The notes under the pieces: generated by a model
Told to the model about the DNA's origin: nothing
The model's input: the letters and a program-made list of their open reading frames with translations, nothing else
Databases searched by the model: none
Source: an uncultured Anaerolineales bacterium
GTDB taxonomy: Bacteria; Chloroflexota; Anaerolineae; Anaerolineales; UBA11858
Length of the DNA stretch: 64,000 bases
Reading direction: 5' to 3'
NCBI GenBank assembly: GCA_964560795.1
Contig: CAZLNX010000001.1
Location: forward strand, 227 to 64,226
Part shown: positions 27,908 through 37,049 of the stretch, in pieces
Layout: the number at the start of each line of letters is the position of its first letter
Numbering within the stretch: position 1 is the stretch's first letter
Translations under genes and position numbers: made by a program

Positions 27908-29314
27908 CTATTCATTTTGCCAATGTGTTCTGAAGTGTGTTAATCCAAGTCGATCAAACAATTCATCCGCCCGGCCTTGGACTTCATCCATCACGGCTTG
28001 TTCGTCAACCAGGGTACATCGCCCATCTTCATATACAATTTGGCCGCCAATGATGGTCATCTGTACATCTGAGCCCCGGCCGTTATATACCAGGGTTCCG
28101 ATGGCATTGTTTAATGGTTTTTGTTGTGGTTCGTCCAAGCCGATGACAACCATATCGGCCTGTTTTCCAGGAATAAGTTGACCGGCATCGATGCCCGCAT
28201 ATCGAGCACCTCCGATGGTGGCCATTTCAAGGGCGCCATTAGCTTTGGCTTCAGTAGGATCGAGGGTATTGACTCGTTGTAACAACACAGCCGTGCGCAT
28301 CGCCAAAATCAGATCCTGATTCCCGCAACACGAACCATCGCTGCCCAATCCAACAACGGCACCGGATGATCGCAAATCTCGCAACCGCATGATGCCGGTG
28401 GCCAGATATTGATTACTGACCGGGCAATGGGCGATACCGGCATGCGCGTCACCGAGCATTTCGATATCTTTGTCAGCCAGCCAAATCGCATGGGCAAAGG
28501 TGCCATCATCAAGCAGCCCTTCCCGATGCAGCCACTCAACCTGTCCAACTCCATAATGTTCAAGATATTGCCCCTCTTCGGAATCATCCTCTGCCAGATG
28601 GGTATGCCAGCGAGCGCCGAACTCACGCGCCAGCTCTACAGCACGCATAAGCAAATCTTGCGGGTTGTAGGAAACGCACTCGGGTGTTGGCCAGACAGCC
28701 ACTTTGCTGCCAGGTGGACGCGCTTCCATGGCTGCCCTGGTTATGTCGATCTCGTCAGCGACGCTGTACATAAAGGTGCGTTCAAGATCATATCCATACG
28801 ATGCGGATATTTTTGTGGGATGGGCATACATCCCACGAGCGACCACCCCTCTCAAGCCAGTGCTCTCGATAGCATCTGCAACGGCGAGCGTGGTTTCCAG
28901 ATCGGTGGGCGCGTAATGGTTATCGATCACATAGGTAGTACCGTTACGGATGGCTTCCAAGGCACAATTGGTAACCGCGGCCACAACTTCATCGCGGGTA
29001 ACTTTATCTCCAAATGGCTGCAGTAGCTGACTTAACCATGGCCACAGTTTCATACCCTCACCAACACCACGCAGCAACGATTCAAAGAGATGATTGTGAC
29101 AATCGACAAAACCTGGGGTAATCAGTTTTCCCTGACAATCAATGCGACGCTTGGCTTGATAATCAACCAGTTCATCGGGCGTACCGACGGCCACGATCCG
29201 CTCACCGTCAATGGCAACCGTACCCGGATCCAAGACACGCCGCTCGTCATCGACGGTGATCACAATGCCACCCGTAAGCAGCAAATCACAGTGTTTTTCG
29301 TGGCCCATTTTCAT
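27908..29314 (-). CDS. amidohydrolase, MtaD/TrzA/chlorohydrolase-like deaminase
   Basis: Blocks PGFVDCHNHLFESLLRG, HTHLAEDD, HCPVSNQYL, GLGSDG. Start trimmed to ATG 29314 (or 29308) so that it follows the upstream gene's stop at 29331. Confidence 0.8.
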   Translation of the reverse strand: MKMGHEKHCDLLLTGGIVITVDDERRVLDPGTVAIDGERIVAVGTPDELVDYQAKRRIDCQGKLITPGFVDCHNHLFESLLRGVGEGMKLWPWLSQLLQPFGDKVTRDEVVAAVTNCALEAIRNGTTYVIDNHYAPTDLETTLAVADAIESTGLRGVVARGMYAHPTKISASYGYDLERTFMYSVADEIDITRAAMEARPPGSKVAVWPTPECVSYNPQDLLMRAVELAREFGARWHTHLAEDDSEEGQYLEHYGVGQVEWLHREGLLDDGTFAHAIWLADKDIEMLGDAHAGIAHCPVSNQYLATGIMRLRDLRSSGAVVGLGSDGSCCGNQDLILAMRTAVLLQRVNTLDPTEAKANGALEMATIGGARYAGIDAGQLIPGKQADMVVIGLDEPQQKPLNNAIGTLVYNGRGSDVQMTIIGGQIVYEDGRCTLVDEQAVMDEVQGRADELFDRLGLTHFRTHWQNE

Positions 29315-29330
29315 GATCACCTTTACACAC

Positions 29331-30563
29331 TCAAGATTCCCGCACAGCCTCAACCATCGCCTGGACATTCTCCGGTTTGGCTTCATCGGGGATACCGACG
29401 CTGCCATCCACAATCAAGCCTCCCTGGGGGCCGAAGAGGTCGATCAACTCTCTGACATCCTCTTTGACTTGCTCCGGGGTGCCAGTGGACAACAGTGCAG
29501 AAGAGATCCCACCCCAGAAACACTGCCGGTCCCCCATAATTTCCAGAGCCTGCTGACGGTCGATGCGATCATAATGGATAGGCACTTTGCCGCGCGGCAG
29601 CTCAGCCAGGTAGGGCAGCCTGGGGGTGTAATCCCCCTGGACATGCAGGATGGGAGTCAATCCGGCTTCGACCAGCGCCAGGATGATTTTATGAATACTG
29701 GGCCAGTAGAACTTTTTAAAATGCTCGTCAGACATGAAGCCAGCCGCGCCGCGATGCAACCAGAAGAAGACACGCGGGTTATCGATGGCTGCGGCCCAGT
29801 CAATGGCAGCCTGGATCTGCGGCTCGACATACAGATCGACTGCTGCTAAGAGTTTATCGGGGACACGGAACATATCCAGCATCACGCCGCGCATGCCGCG
29901 CAGAAAATCGGCGACCATATCGAAGGGCGGCGTGAAGTTGGCGCCATAAGAAACTGGATAGCCAAGTTCTACCATTTCTGCGAAATAATCCGCTTCTGCT
30001 TGCATAGATGCCTGGGATGCCTCAGCCAGCTTTTTGAGGGTTTCCAGCATCTCGAGTTGTTCTTCGTAGGCAAAGGCCGGACCCAGGAAAATCGGGTCGG
30101 GGCCGATGGCGAAAAATGGCTGCATATCCGCCAGAGGCTCGAGACCCGCGGTCATGCGCGGCCACAGCACCCGCATGGTGAAATCGTTGGGATTGGCCAG
30201 GAACTGATCGTATTCATCAGCCAGGAGATATTCCTTTTCAACAAACTGGAAAGTCATATCGTCCGGCAACCCACCACCGGGCCATTTATAGTGTTTGGCC
30301 CCCAAAATCGAATACCACTGGGCCGGGTACACGCCAGACTGCAGTGCAATGTCAAAATCGAAGCGCAGCAGCGATTCTTTCAGTGCTGCATAGCGCCTGG
30401 GGTGATCCAGCATGGCGTCTTTATTCGAAATTCCGGCCATCCTGGTCGAGAAGAAGTGATCCGAACTGGGGCCAATCAACACTCGATCTGGAGATTCGAG
30501 CCGTAATGCTTTATTAAAATGATCCAATCGAAATTGATAGTCTGATTGCTTTTCTTTTGTCAT
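29331..30563 (-). CDS. URO-D-family (MtaA/MtbA/O-demethylase MT-like) methyltransferase
   Basis: 410 aa. Blocks FLRGMRGVMLDMFRVPDKLLAAVD and C-terminal GGLIVDGSVGIPDEAKPENVQAMVEAV, typical of the uroporphyrinogen-decarboxylase-like methyltransferase family. Its ATG overlaps the TGA of the Mo subunit (ATGA at 30560-30563). Confidence 0.65.
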   Translation of the reverse strand: MTKEKQSDYQFRLDHFNKALRLESPDRVLIGPSSDHFFSTRMAGISNKDAMLDHPRRYAALKESLLRFDFDIALQSGVYPAQWYSILGAKHYKWPGGGLPDDMTFQFVEKEYLLADEYDQFLANPNDFTMRVLWPRMTAGLEPLADMQPFFAIGPDPIFLGPAFAYEEQLEMLETLKKLAEASQASMQAEADYFAEMVELGYPVSYGANFTPPFDMVADFLRGMRGVMLDMFRVPDKLLAAVDLYVEPQIQAAIDWAAAIDNPRVFFWLHRGAAGFMSDEHFKKFYWPSIHKIILALVEAGLTPILHVQGDYTPRLPYLAELPRGKVPIHYDRIDRQQALEIMGDRQCFWGGISSALLSTGTPEQVKEDVRELIDLFGPQGGLIVDGSVGIPDEAKPENVQAMVEAVRES

Positions 30564-32836
30564 GACGTGCTCTTAATCTCAAGGATTTCTAGAATTCGCT
30601 CGGGTGTTATAGGTAACTGTGTAACAGGCGCGCCGATGGCATCTGCCACAGCATTGGCGATCGCAGCCGGTGCAATATTCATGGGTGGCTCGCCAATCGG
30701 TTTTGCACCCAGGGGCGCTTCATCTTCTGGGAGTTCAACCACATCTGCGACGATTTGTGGAGAATCGAACGCCGTCGGTACCAAGTAACTCTCTAAGGAA
30801 GTGTTTTGGATCACCCCCTGATGGACAAGTAATTCCTCCATCAGGCTGTATCCAGAAGCCATGGTCACGGCCCCCTCGATTTGCCCCCGTACGCCTTTGG
30901 GATTAACCACCTGGCCAATATCGTGCACGGCAACCACCTTTTCAACAGTCACCTGCCCGGTTTCGATATCGACCAACACCTGAGCAATATGCGCACCGAA
31001 GTCCGCGAGATGCTCGTATCCTGTAGAACCATCAGGCAATTCGACTTCGGGATAATCCATGGCATAAAAGCCACTGGCCTGCATGGGCAGGTTCTTCTCA
31101 TAAGCCTTGGCAGCTAGATCGGCCACCTGGAGGCTTAGGCGTTCTCCTTCCGCATAAACAAAACCCTGGCGCAAATCCATTAAATCTGTATCAGCACCTG
31201 TTTCCTGAGCGGCCAGATCCAACAACACTTGACGGATCGGCTCAGCGGCTCGCAGCACCGCATTGCCTGAAAAAACGGTTGCTCGGCTGGCGACAGAGGC
31301 TCCAGCATCTGCGGCCAGCGTGGTATCCGGTTTGAAAACCTTGACATCCGCAGGCGTGATCCCTAATTGTTCTGCCACAAACTGAGCGATGACCGTATGG
31401 GCTCCCTGACCCATGTCTGCTGCGCCGGTACGCACCAAAACCGAACCATCGGGTGCCATGTTGACCGCCGCCGAGGCGTGGTCTGTGACACCGCAACCGA
31501 ATCCGATTTTATGAAATCCGGTCGCTACGCCCCACCCCCGGCGAAGATGGGCTTCTGGATGACGGGGTATTTTTTCCCGGTCCTTCCAGTTAGCAAGTTG
31601 CGCAACTTTCTCAAGACAGGCCTGCATCCCATCCCCCTTGCTTATAACGTACTGGGCCTGAAATTGCTGCCCAGTCTTCAAGCCGTTCAATAATCGCAGT
31701 TCCAGGGGATCCATTTCTAATTTTCGGGCCAGTTCATCCATCTGCCGCTCAAATGCGAAGGTGCACTGCGTGACTCCAAAACCTCGAAATGCCCCGCAGA
31801 TGGGATTATTGGTGAGCACAGTGTACGCTTCTGAGCGTGCATTGGGAACGTAATACGGACTGACTCCGTAACCCGCCATCACCATCATGACCTCTTCGCC
31901 GGCGTTGACATATGGACCGGTATCGCCAATCCCGACCATATGAACCGCGGTTAGCTTTCCATCTTTGGTCGCCCCAGTGCGATAACGGATTTTTGTCGGA
32001 TGCCGCTTGACATGAGTCCGAATTGACTCCTCTCGAGTACGCACGACTTTGACAGGCCGACCGGTTTTCTGAGCCAGCAAAGCGGCATGGATCTGGATGT
32101 GAGCCTCGTCCTTGGCCCCAAATGCCCCACCAATATGAGGCGTGATTTCACGGACCATCATTTCCGGCACACCCAATGCACGCGCAATTTGCATACGGTC
32201 ACGATGGGGGGCCTGCGCCGAGGCATAGACCACCATGGTGCCATCGAAATCGACATAGGCCACCGCCGACTCGGTCTCCAGCATGGCATGCTCTTCGAAG
32301 GGAGTGATATAGGTGTTTTCGATGATCAAATCAGCGGAATTGAAACCCGCCTCGATATCGCCCCATTCTTCCACGTGATGGCTTTGTGTATTTTCTTTGT
32401 CAGCCCAAACCCTTGTTGCATCCGGCTTCATAGCCTCTTCGGGATCGAAGACACCATTTAGGGGTTCGTACTCCACTTCGATGGCATTCAGGGCAGCCAG
32501 GGCAATTTCCTCCGTCTCTGCTGCCACCGCTGCGACCGCATCCCCGATATAGCGGACATAATCCTCAACCAAAAGAGGCTGATCGGGATACCAATACAGG
32601 TAGCTATTCTCTCCGGGGATATCCGCACCGGTCATCACAGCCGCCACCCCAGGGATGGCGCGCGCTTCTGTCACATCCAACCGCAGAATGCGGGCACAGG
32701 CATGGGGGCTGTAGAGCAATTTCCCGATTAGCATATTGGGAAATTCAAGGTCTGGGCTGTAAACCGCTTTGCCCGTAACTACATCCCGGGCACCCACGGC
32801 TGCTAGATCTTTTCCAACGACATCGAACTCTGGCAT
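30560..32836 (-). CDS. xanthine dehydrogenase-family molybdopterin-binding large subunit
   Basis: 758 aa. Block PHIGGAFGAKDE and C-terminal PIGEPP Glu context. Colinear with 18281..20548. Confidence 0.9.
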   Translation of the reverse strand: MPEFDVVGKDLAAVGARDVVTGKAVYSPDLEFPNMLIGKLLYSPHACARILRLDVTEARAIPGVAAVMTGADIPGENSYLYWYPDQPLLVEDYVRYIGDAVAAVAAETEEIALAALNAIEVEYEPLNGVFDPEEAMKPDATRVWADKENTQSHHVEEWGDIEAGFNSADLIIENTYITPFEEHAMLETESAVAYVDFDGTMVVYASAQAPHRDRMQIARALGVPEMMVREITPHIGGAFGAKDEAHIQIHAALLAQKTGRPVKVVRTREESIRTHVKRHPTKIRYRTGATKDGKLTAVHMVGIGDTGPYVNAGEEVMMVMAGYGVSPYYVPNARSEAYTVLTNNPICGAFRGFGVTQCTFAFERQMDELARKLEMDPLELRLLNGLKTGQQFQAQYVISKGDGMQACLEKVAQLANWKDREKIPRHPEAHLRRGWGVATGFHKIGFGCGVTDHASAAVNMAPDGSVLVRTGAADMGQGAHTVIAQFVAEQLGITPADVKVFKPDTTLAADAGASVASRATVFSGNAVLRAAEPIRQVLLDLAAQETGADTDLMDLRQGFVYAEGERLSLQVADLAAKAYEKNLPMQASGFYAMDYPEVELPDGSTGYEHLADFGAHIAQVLVDIETGQVTVEKVVAVHDIGQVVNPKGVRGQIEGAVTMASGYSLMEELLVHQGVIQNTSLESYLVPTAFDSPQIVADVVELPEDEAPLGAKPIGEPPMNIAPAAIANAVADAIGAPVTQLPITPERILEILEIKSTS

Positions 32837-32845
32837 AAACTCTCC

Positions 32846-33304
32846 TTATCCTTGGCGAGGCAGCACAAGATATACACCTACAACCATCAGCACCAAACCA
32901 ACAATACGAGGCAAGGTCAAAGGGACTCTTTCATAGCCACCGATTCCGATCGTGTCGATCAAAATTGCTAGAGCCATCTGGCCAAATAGCATGGCCATGT
33001 TTCCTGCAGCCACACCAATCCGGGGCATGGCATAGGCCACCCCAGCAACGGCCACAATGATCAAGACAGCCACCACCGCCGAGGCAGGCAAAACACCTTT
33101 GGTGTTATCCCAAGTCAAGGTGCCGCGCATGAAAAGAAAGACAATCGCTGGAACAGCGATCAGTGCAGCGACAGCATGCTCAAGCAAACTGGCACTGATG
33201 GCGCCAACAGAACGCCCGATAAAACCCTCAATCGAAGTCACAATACCGAATACGCCACCGCTGAGCGCGGCCACAATCACACCCATGTTAAATCGCTGAC
33301 TCAT
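32846..33304 (-). CDS. small DMT-superfamily membrane protein (DUF606/YdcZ-like half transporter)
   Basis: 152 aa with about 4-5 hydrophobic helices and a glycine-rich TM pattern. The family assignment is tentative. Confidence 0.55.
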   Translation of the reverse strand: MSQRFNMGVIVAALSGGVFGIVTSIEGFIGRSVGAISASLLEHAVAALIAVPAIVFLFMRGTLTWDNTKGVLPASAVVAVLIIVAVAGVAYAMPRIGVAAGNMAMLFGQMALAILIDTIGIGGYERVPLTLPRIVGLVLMVVGVYLVLPRQG

Positions 33305-33384
33305 TTGAATCTCCTTTGCCAGTCATGACGTACCGATTTAGAGATATGAACAGGTTACAAGTTCAAACCTCTCAGAAGCCAAAC

Positions 33385-34059
33385 TTAGAGCTTTCCCAGC
33401 AGCATCTTGCATTTTTCAACGCCATCGGCAGCAGAGCTGCCGTAGGCATTGGCGCCCATCTCTTCGGTGATATCTGGGGTGGTAGCTGCGCCGCCGATGA
33501 TCACGGCGAATTTCTCGCGGATACTCTTGCCAACCAGCATGTCACCCACATCCTTCATATAGGGCAAGCAAGTGGTCAGCAGTGCAGACATGCCGATGAT
33601 GTCAACATTCTCCTGCTCTGCGCGGGCGATGATGTCCGATGGGGAGACATTGGTGCCCATGTCGATCACGTCGAATCCGTTGACCTTGAGCATCAAGCCG
33701 ACCATATTCTTGCCGATATCGTGCAAATCGCCCTGGACAGTTGCCAGAAGAACTTTTCCTAAGGACATACTGGCACCGCCTTGAGCACCCGCCACAGCAG
33801 GGTTGATCACTTCGGTGTTGACCTTCTCAACAGTGTCCGCGGCGGTGACCATCTCGGGCAGGAAGATATCCAGGGTCTCGAAACGCTTGCCGACATCTTG
33901 CAGAGAGGGAGCGATGCAGTTCTCGAAGAACTCCACCGGGGTAGCGCCACCATCCAATGTCTCGCGCGCCATAGTAACGGCGGCATCTTCATCGCCAGCC
34001 AACATAAATTCAATAAATTTCGGTTGCAGGGTTTCCCAGTTACTCATAGCTTTCTCCAT
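33385..34059 (-). CDS. corrinoid (B12-binding) methyl-carrier protein 2
   Basis: 224 aa with GDLHDIGKNMV (DxHxxG), SALLTT and IIGGA. Confidence 0.9.
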   Translation of the reverse strand: MEKAMSNWETLQPKFIEFMLAGDEDAAVTMARETLDGGATPVEFFENCIAPSLQDVGKRFETLDIFLPEMVTAADTVEKVNTEVINPAVAGAQGGASMSLGKVLLATVQGDLHDIGKNMVGLMLKVNGFDVIDMGTNVSPSDIIARAEQENVDIIGMSALLTTCLPYMKDVGDMLVGKSIREKFAVIIGGAATTPDITEEMGANAYGSSAADGVEKCKMLLGKL

Positions 34060-34080
34060 TTAATTTCTAGGTTTATTTTG

Positions 34081-34174
34081 ATCACGAATGAAGACGAATT
34101 TTTCGAATACCATGAATTCCTATAAAATATTATTCCTATTCGTACCATTGGTGATATTCGTTTTCATTCGTGAT
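34081..34174. repeat. R1 palindromic element (phased CGAAT / ATTCG words), copy a
   Basis: Outer arms ATCACGAATGAAGACGAAT (34081-34099) and ATTCGTTTTCATTCGTGAT (34156-34174) are reverse complements with one mismatch. (C/T)GAAT words sit at 34085, 34095, 34104 and 34113, mirrored on the right arm. Confidence 0.85.
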
Positions 34175-34177
34175 TTT

Positions 34178-34651
34178 TTATATATTCATCTCAGCAGCGG
34201 TTGCTTCGATGGCTTCGGTGATTTCATGGTAGCCAGTACAGCGACACAAATTTCCAGCCACAGCTGCTTTGATCTCAGCCTGGGTGGGCTCTGGATTCTT
34301 CATCAGTAGCGCATAGGCCGACATCAACATCCCGGCGGTGCAATAGCCGCATTGGAATGCCCACTTATCGATGAAATTCTGCTGCAATGGGTGCAGCTTA
34401 CCAGCCTCTTCAAGACCCTCAACCGTCATCAGCTCAGCACCATCGGCCTGGGGAGCCAGGACCAAACAGGAATTGACTGCTTCTCCGTCCATTAGGATCA
34501 CGCAGGCTCCACAATCTCCCTGGCCGCAGGCCTCTTTGGCACCTTTTAATTTGAGATCATCGCGCAGCACGCTGAGCAAGGTGCGGCTAGGTTCGGTTTC
34601 GATCGCAACCGGGTTACCATTCACAGCAAAACGCACAGTGCTTTTTGCCAT
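34178..34651 (-). CDS. [2Fe-2S] small subunit of Mo hydroxylase
   Basis: 157 aa with CGQGDCGACVI and CRCTGY clusters. Starts immediately after the FAD subunit stop. Confidence 0.9.
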   Translation of the reverse strand: MAKSTVRFAVNGNPVAIETEPSRTLLSVLRDDLKLKGAKEACGQGDCGACVILMDGEAVNSCLVLAPQADGAELMTVEGLEEAGKLHPLQQNFIDKWAFQCGYCTAGMLMSAYALLMKNPEPTQAEIKAAVAGNLCRCTGYHEITEAIEATAAEMNI

Positions 34652-35521
34652 CTACACCCCCTCCTCGATCTGCTTCCAGGCCGCAGCCAAAGCCCTGCGG
34701 GTCAGCACACTGACCATTTTCGCCCGGTACTCCCCGCTAGCGCGAATATCTGAAATAGGCGAAGCTTCTGTTCTGGCAACATTTCCAGCCTCGATGAAAA
34801 CTTCAACACTCGGGGATTGCCCCATGAGCACTGCCTCCGCTTTGACAGCGCGGATTGGTGTGGGTGCAACGGACCCTAAGGCGATCCTGGCCTGGGGTAT
34901 TTTTCCTGATTCGTCCAGCGTCAGCCGGGCAGCGGCGCTCACGACAGCTATCGCCATGGCCCTGCGCTTGCCTAACTTGATAAAGGCCGATGATGTGTTT
35001 TTTGGAGCGAACGGGATGCGAATTTCGGTCAGGATCTCGTCGGCTGCCAGAACTGTGGACCCTGGGCCTGTGAAGAAATCCGCCAGGGGCACATCACGTT
35101 GAGTGTCGGCTTTCGCCAGAACAATCACAGCATCATAGACCAACAGCGGCGGTGCCAAATCTGCCGCAGGTGAAGCATTGACCAGGTTGCCGCCTACCGT
35201 CCCACGATTGCGGATTGGAGGGCCAGCAATATCCCAGGCGGCTTCGATCAGCGCGGGACAGTGCTCCGCCAACAATTCGGATTCCAGGACTTCGGTATGG
35301 GTGGTACTGGCTCCGAGGTGAATCCCGTCTCCAAGCATTTCAATGCCACCCAAACCGAGCAGTCGTAAATCGACCAGCAGAGAAGGTTCGATCATCCTGG
35401 AGCGCATGCGCGGGATCAGGTCCGTACCCCCAGCAATGATCTGCACCCCTTCAGCTTGTTTTCCCAAGGTTTTCAATGCTTCAGATAAAGATTGTGGCGC
35501 AAGATAATCAGGTTTGTTCAT
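34652..35521 (-). CDS. FAD-binding medium subunit of Mo hydroxylase (CoxM/XdhB-like)
   Basis: 289 aa. Blocks IIAGGTDLIP and GTVGGNLVNASPAAD, plus a CO-dehydrogenase flavoprotein C-terminal-like tail. Confidence 0.85.
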   Translation of the reverse strand: MNKPDYLAPQSLSEALKTLGKQAEGVQIIAGGTDLIPRMRSRMIEPSLLVDLRLLGLGGIEMLGDGIHLGASTTHTEVLESELLAEHCPALIEAAWDIAGPPIRNRGTVGGNLVNASPAADLAPPLLVYDAVIVLAKADTQRDVPLADFFTGPGSTVLAADEILTEIRIPFAPKNTSSAFIKLGKRRAMAIAVVSAAARLTLDESGKIPQARIALGSVAPTPIRAVKAEAVLMGQSPSVEVFIEAGNVARTEASPISDIRASGEYRAKMVSVLTRRALAAAWKQIEEGV

Positions 35522-35539
35522 ATATCTCCTCTAACAAAA

Positions 35540-36919
35540 TCAGAGTACGAGTCCAAGTTCTTTTAATTCCTTGATGACTTCTTCATAGACGGCCTGCCAT
35601 TCCGGGTCAGGTTCCAGGGTATCCAGGTTGTAGGTTTCACGGAAATGCTTGCCAATATCTGCCGTGGGTATTTTTTCGGCATATTTGGCAACCAACTTTT
35701 GAACCAAGGCATTTCCCTCAGTACGGCTCATGCCCTCAACAGCATGGGCTACCTGGGCGCAGAAGCGCGCTTCCAATGGTGAAGTGTGCCCCATATTGCG
35801 TCCGGTGGCCGATTGCACCGACTTGATATAATCCACCCCGGAAGTGACACCGACAATGGCCATGGTAGCAACTTCATAGAGGATTTCCTTCACGCCAGGG
35901 CCATGAGCCGGGCGGATGTGAATACCATTCAGTAGATGGGTATTGCGGGCCAGGGCCTGGAAGCTGAGCGCCTGGGCTGCCAGCATATCCGGATGCGTAT
36001 CGCAGCTCAGATGAGCATGGCTGGGTCCGGCGTTGACGGTATCGCCGAACAGGCAGGCTCGCAGCATGATACACCCGGCAGCATTGCCAATAGCTACGCC
36101 AGCCTTGCCTCCCAGATAACCGCCGTAAATCGGGTCGCAGAAGGTGTGCGCCACGGATCCGGTCTGAAAGAAATGGGTCGCCCGGGTCAGGTCGGCATAG
36201 GATACTTTCAACTCGCTGACAAAAGAGGCGTGATGCCAATCGCTGCGCCGATAGGCGCCATAGCTGGTAGCTGCCAACTCGATGATCTCACTGCCCGAAG
36301 TGGCTGCGGCCCCGATGCATATATCCGGCCTCCCAGCGCGTGCCACAGCCGCCCGTGCCAGGTCGGCCTCGCGTTTGGCGGCCACCGCCTCCCAAGGGGA
36401 TTGAATGCGGATGGTACGTCCCAACGCAGTGGGAATGGAGGGCGGCTCGATAATATCCAGCAGGCGTTCTTTGGCATAAGCTTCCACCATGGCGCCGAAG
36501 AGTTCTTCTTCGATCAGGGTGCCGTAGGCCCCGCCAAGGATAGTGACTCGCGCCGCTTCTTCCGGTTTGCGGAACTTGATGACCACCTGATCAGCACCCT
36601 CACCGACAGACAACGCATCGGGAGCAGAATCAACCGCCTTCTGGAGTTCATCCTGGCTCCAGACCATCTGGCGCTTGGTGTTAAGGCAGAGCACCCCGCT
36701 CTCCAGAGCCAATTCCCAACCGGCCTGAAATAAGCGATCAGCCAGATCATCATCGGAAGGGATCAGCACTTCATCATCCCAGGTGATATCGTATTTTGAA
36801 ATTAATTCTTTAACTTTGGCCCCGATATACTGTCGATCCCAATCCTTCTCATCGATGATGGGTCCCGTATCAGCCTTCTCCAGAACGGATGCCATATATT
36901 CAAAATCATTTTTTTCCAT
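35540..36919 (-). CDS. MttB-superfamily methyltransferase paralog 4 (subfamily B)
   Basis: 459 aa. Blocks KADTGPIIDEKDWD, DDDLADRLFQAG, SDWHHASFVSELKVSY, GPGVKEILYE, SPLEARFCAQVAHA. Confidence 0.85.
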   Translation of the reverse strand: MEKNDFEYMASVLEKADTGPIIDEKDWDRQYIGAKVKELISKYDITWDDEVLIPSDDDLADRLFQAGWELALESGVLCLNTKRQMVWSQDELQKAVDSAPDALSVGEGADQVVIKFRKPEEAARVTILGGAYGTLIEEELFGAMVEAYAKERLLDIIEPPSIPTALGRTIRIQSPWEAVAAKREADLARAAVARAGRPDICIGAAATSGSEIIELAATSYGAYRRSDWHHASFVSELKVSYADLTRATHFFQTGSVAHTFCDPIYGGYLGGKAGVAIGNAAGCIMLRACLFGDTVNAGPSHAHLSCDTHPDMLAAQALSFQALARNTHLLNGIHIRPAHGPGVKEILYEVATMAIVGVTSGVDYIKSVQSATGRNMGHTSPLEARFCAQVAHAVEGMSRTEGNALVQKLVAKYAEKIPTADIGKHFRETYNLDTLEPDPEWQAVYEEVIKELKELGLVL

Positions 36920-36963
36920 GTGCTACTCCTAAAGATGATGTTTCTAAAAAGAGAGTAATATTC

Positions 36964-37037
36964 ACCACGAAGTCGCGAAGATCGCAAAGATTAATTGAAT
37001 ATTTCTCTAAGCTTAGCGACCTTGGTGCCTTTGCGGT
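36964..37037. repeat. R2 palindromic element (CGNNAAG words), copy c
   Basis: Left arm ACCACGAAGTCGCGAAGATCGCAAAG (36964-36989). Right arm CTTAGCGACCTTGGTGCCTTTGCGGT (37012-37037). The two 26-nt arms form an imperfect inverted repeat. Confidence 0.8.
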
Positions 37038-37049
37038 TCAAAAATAATA

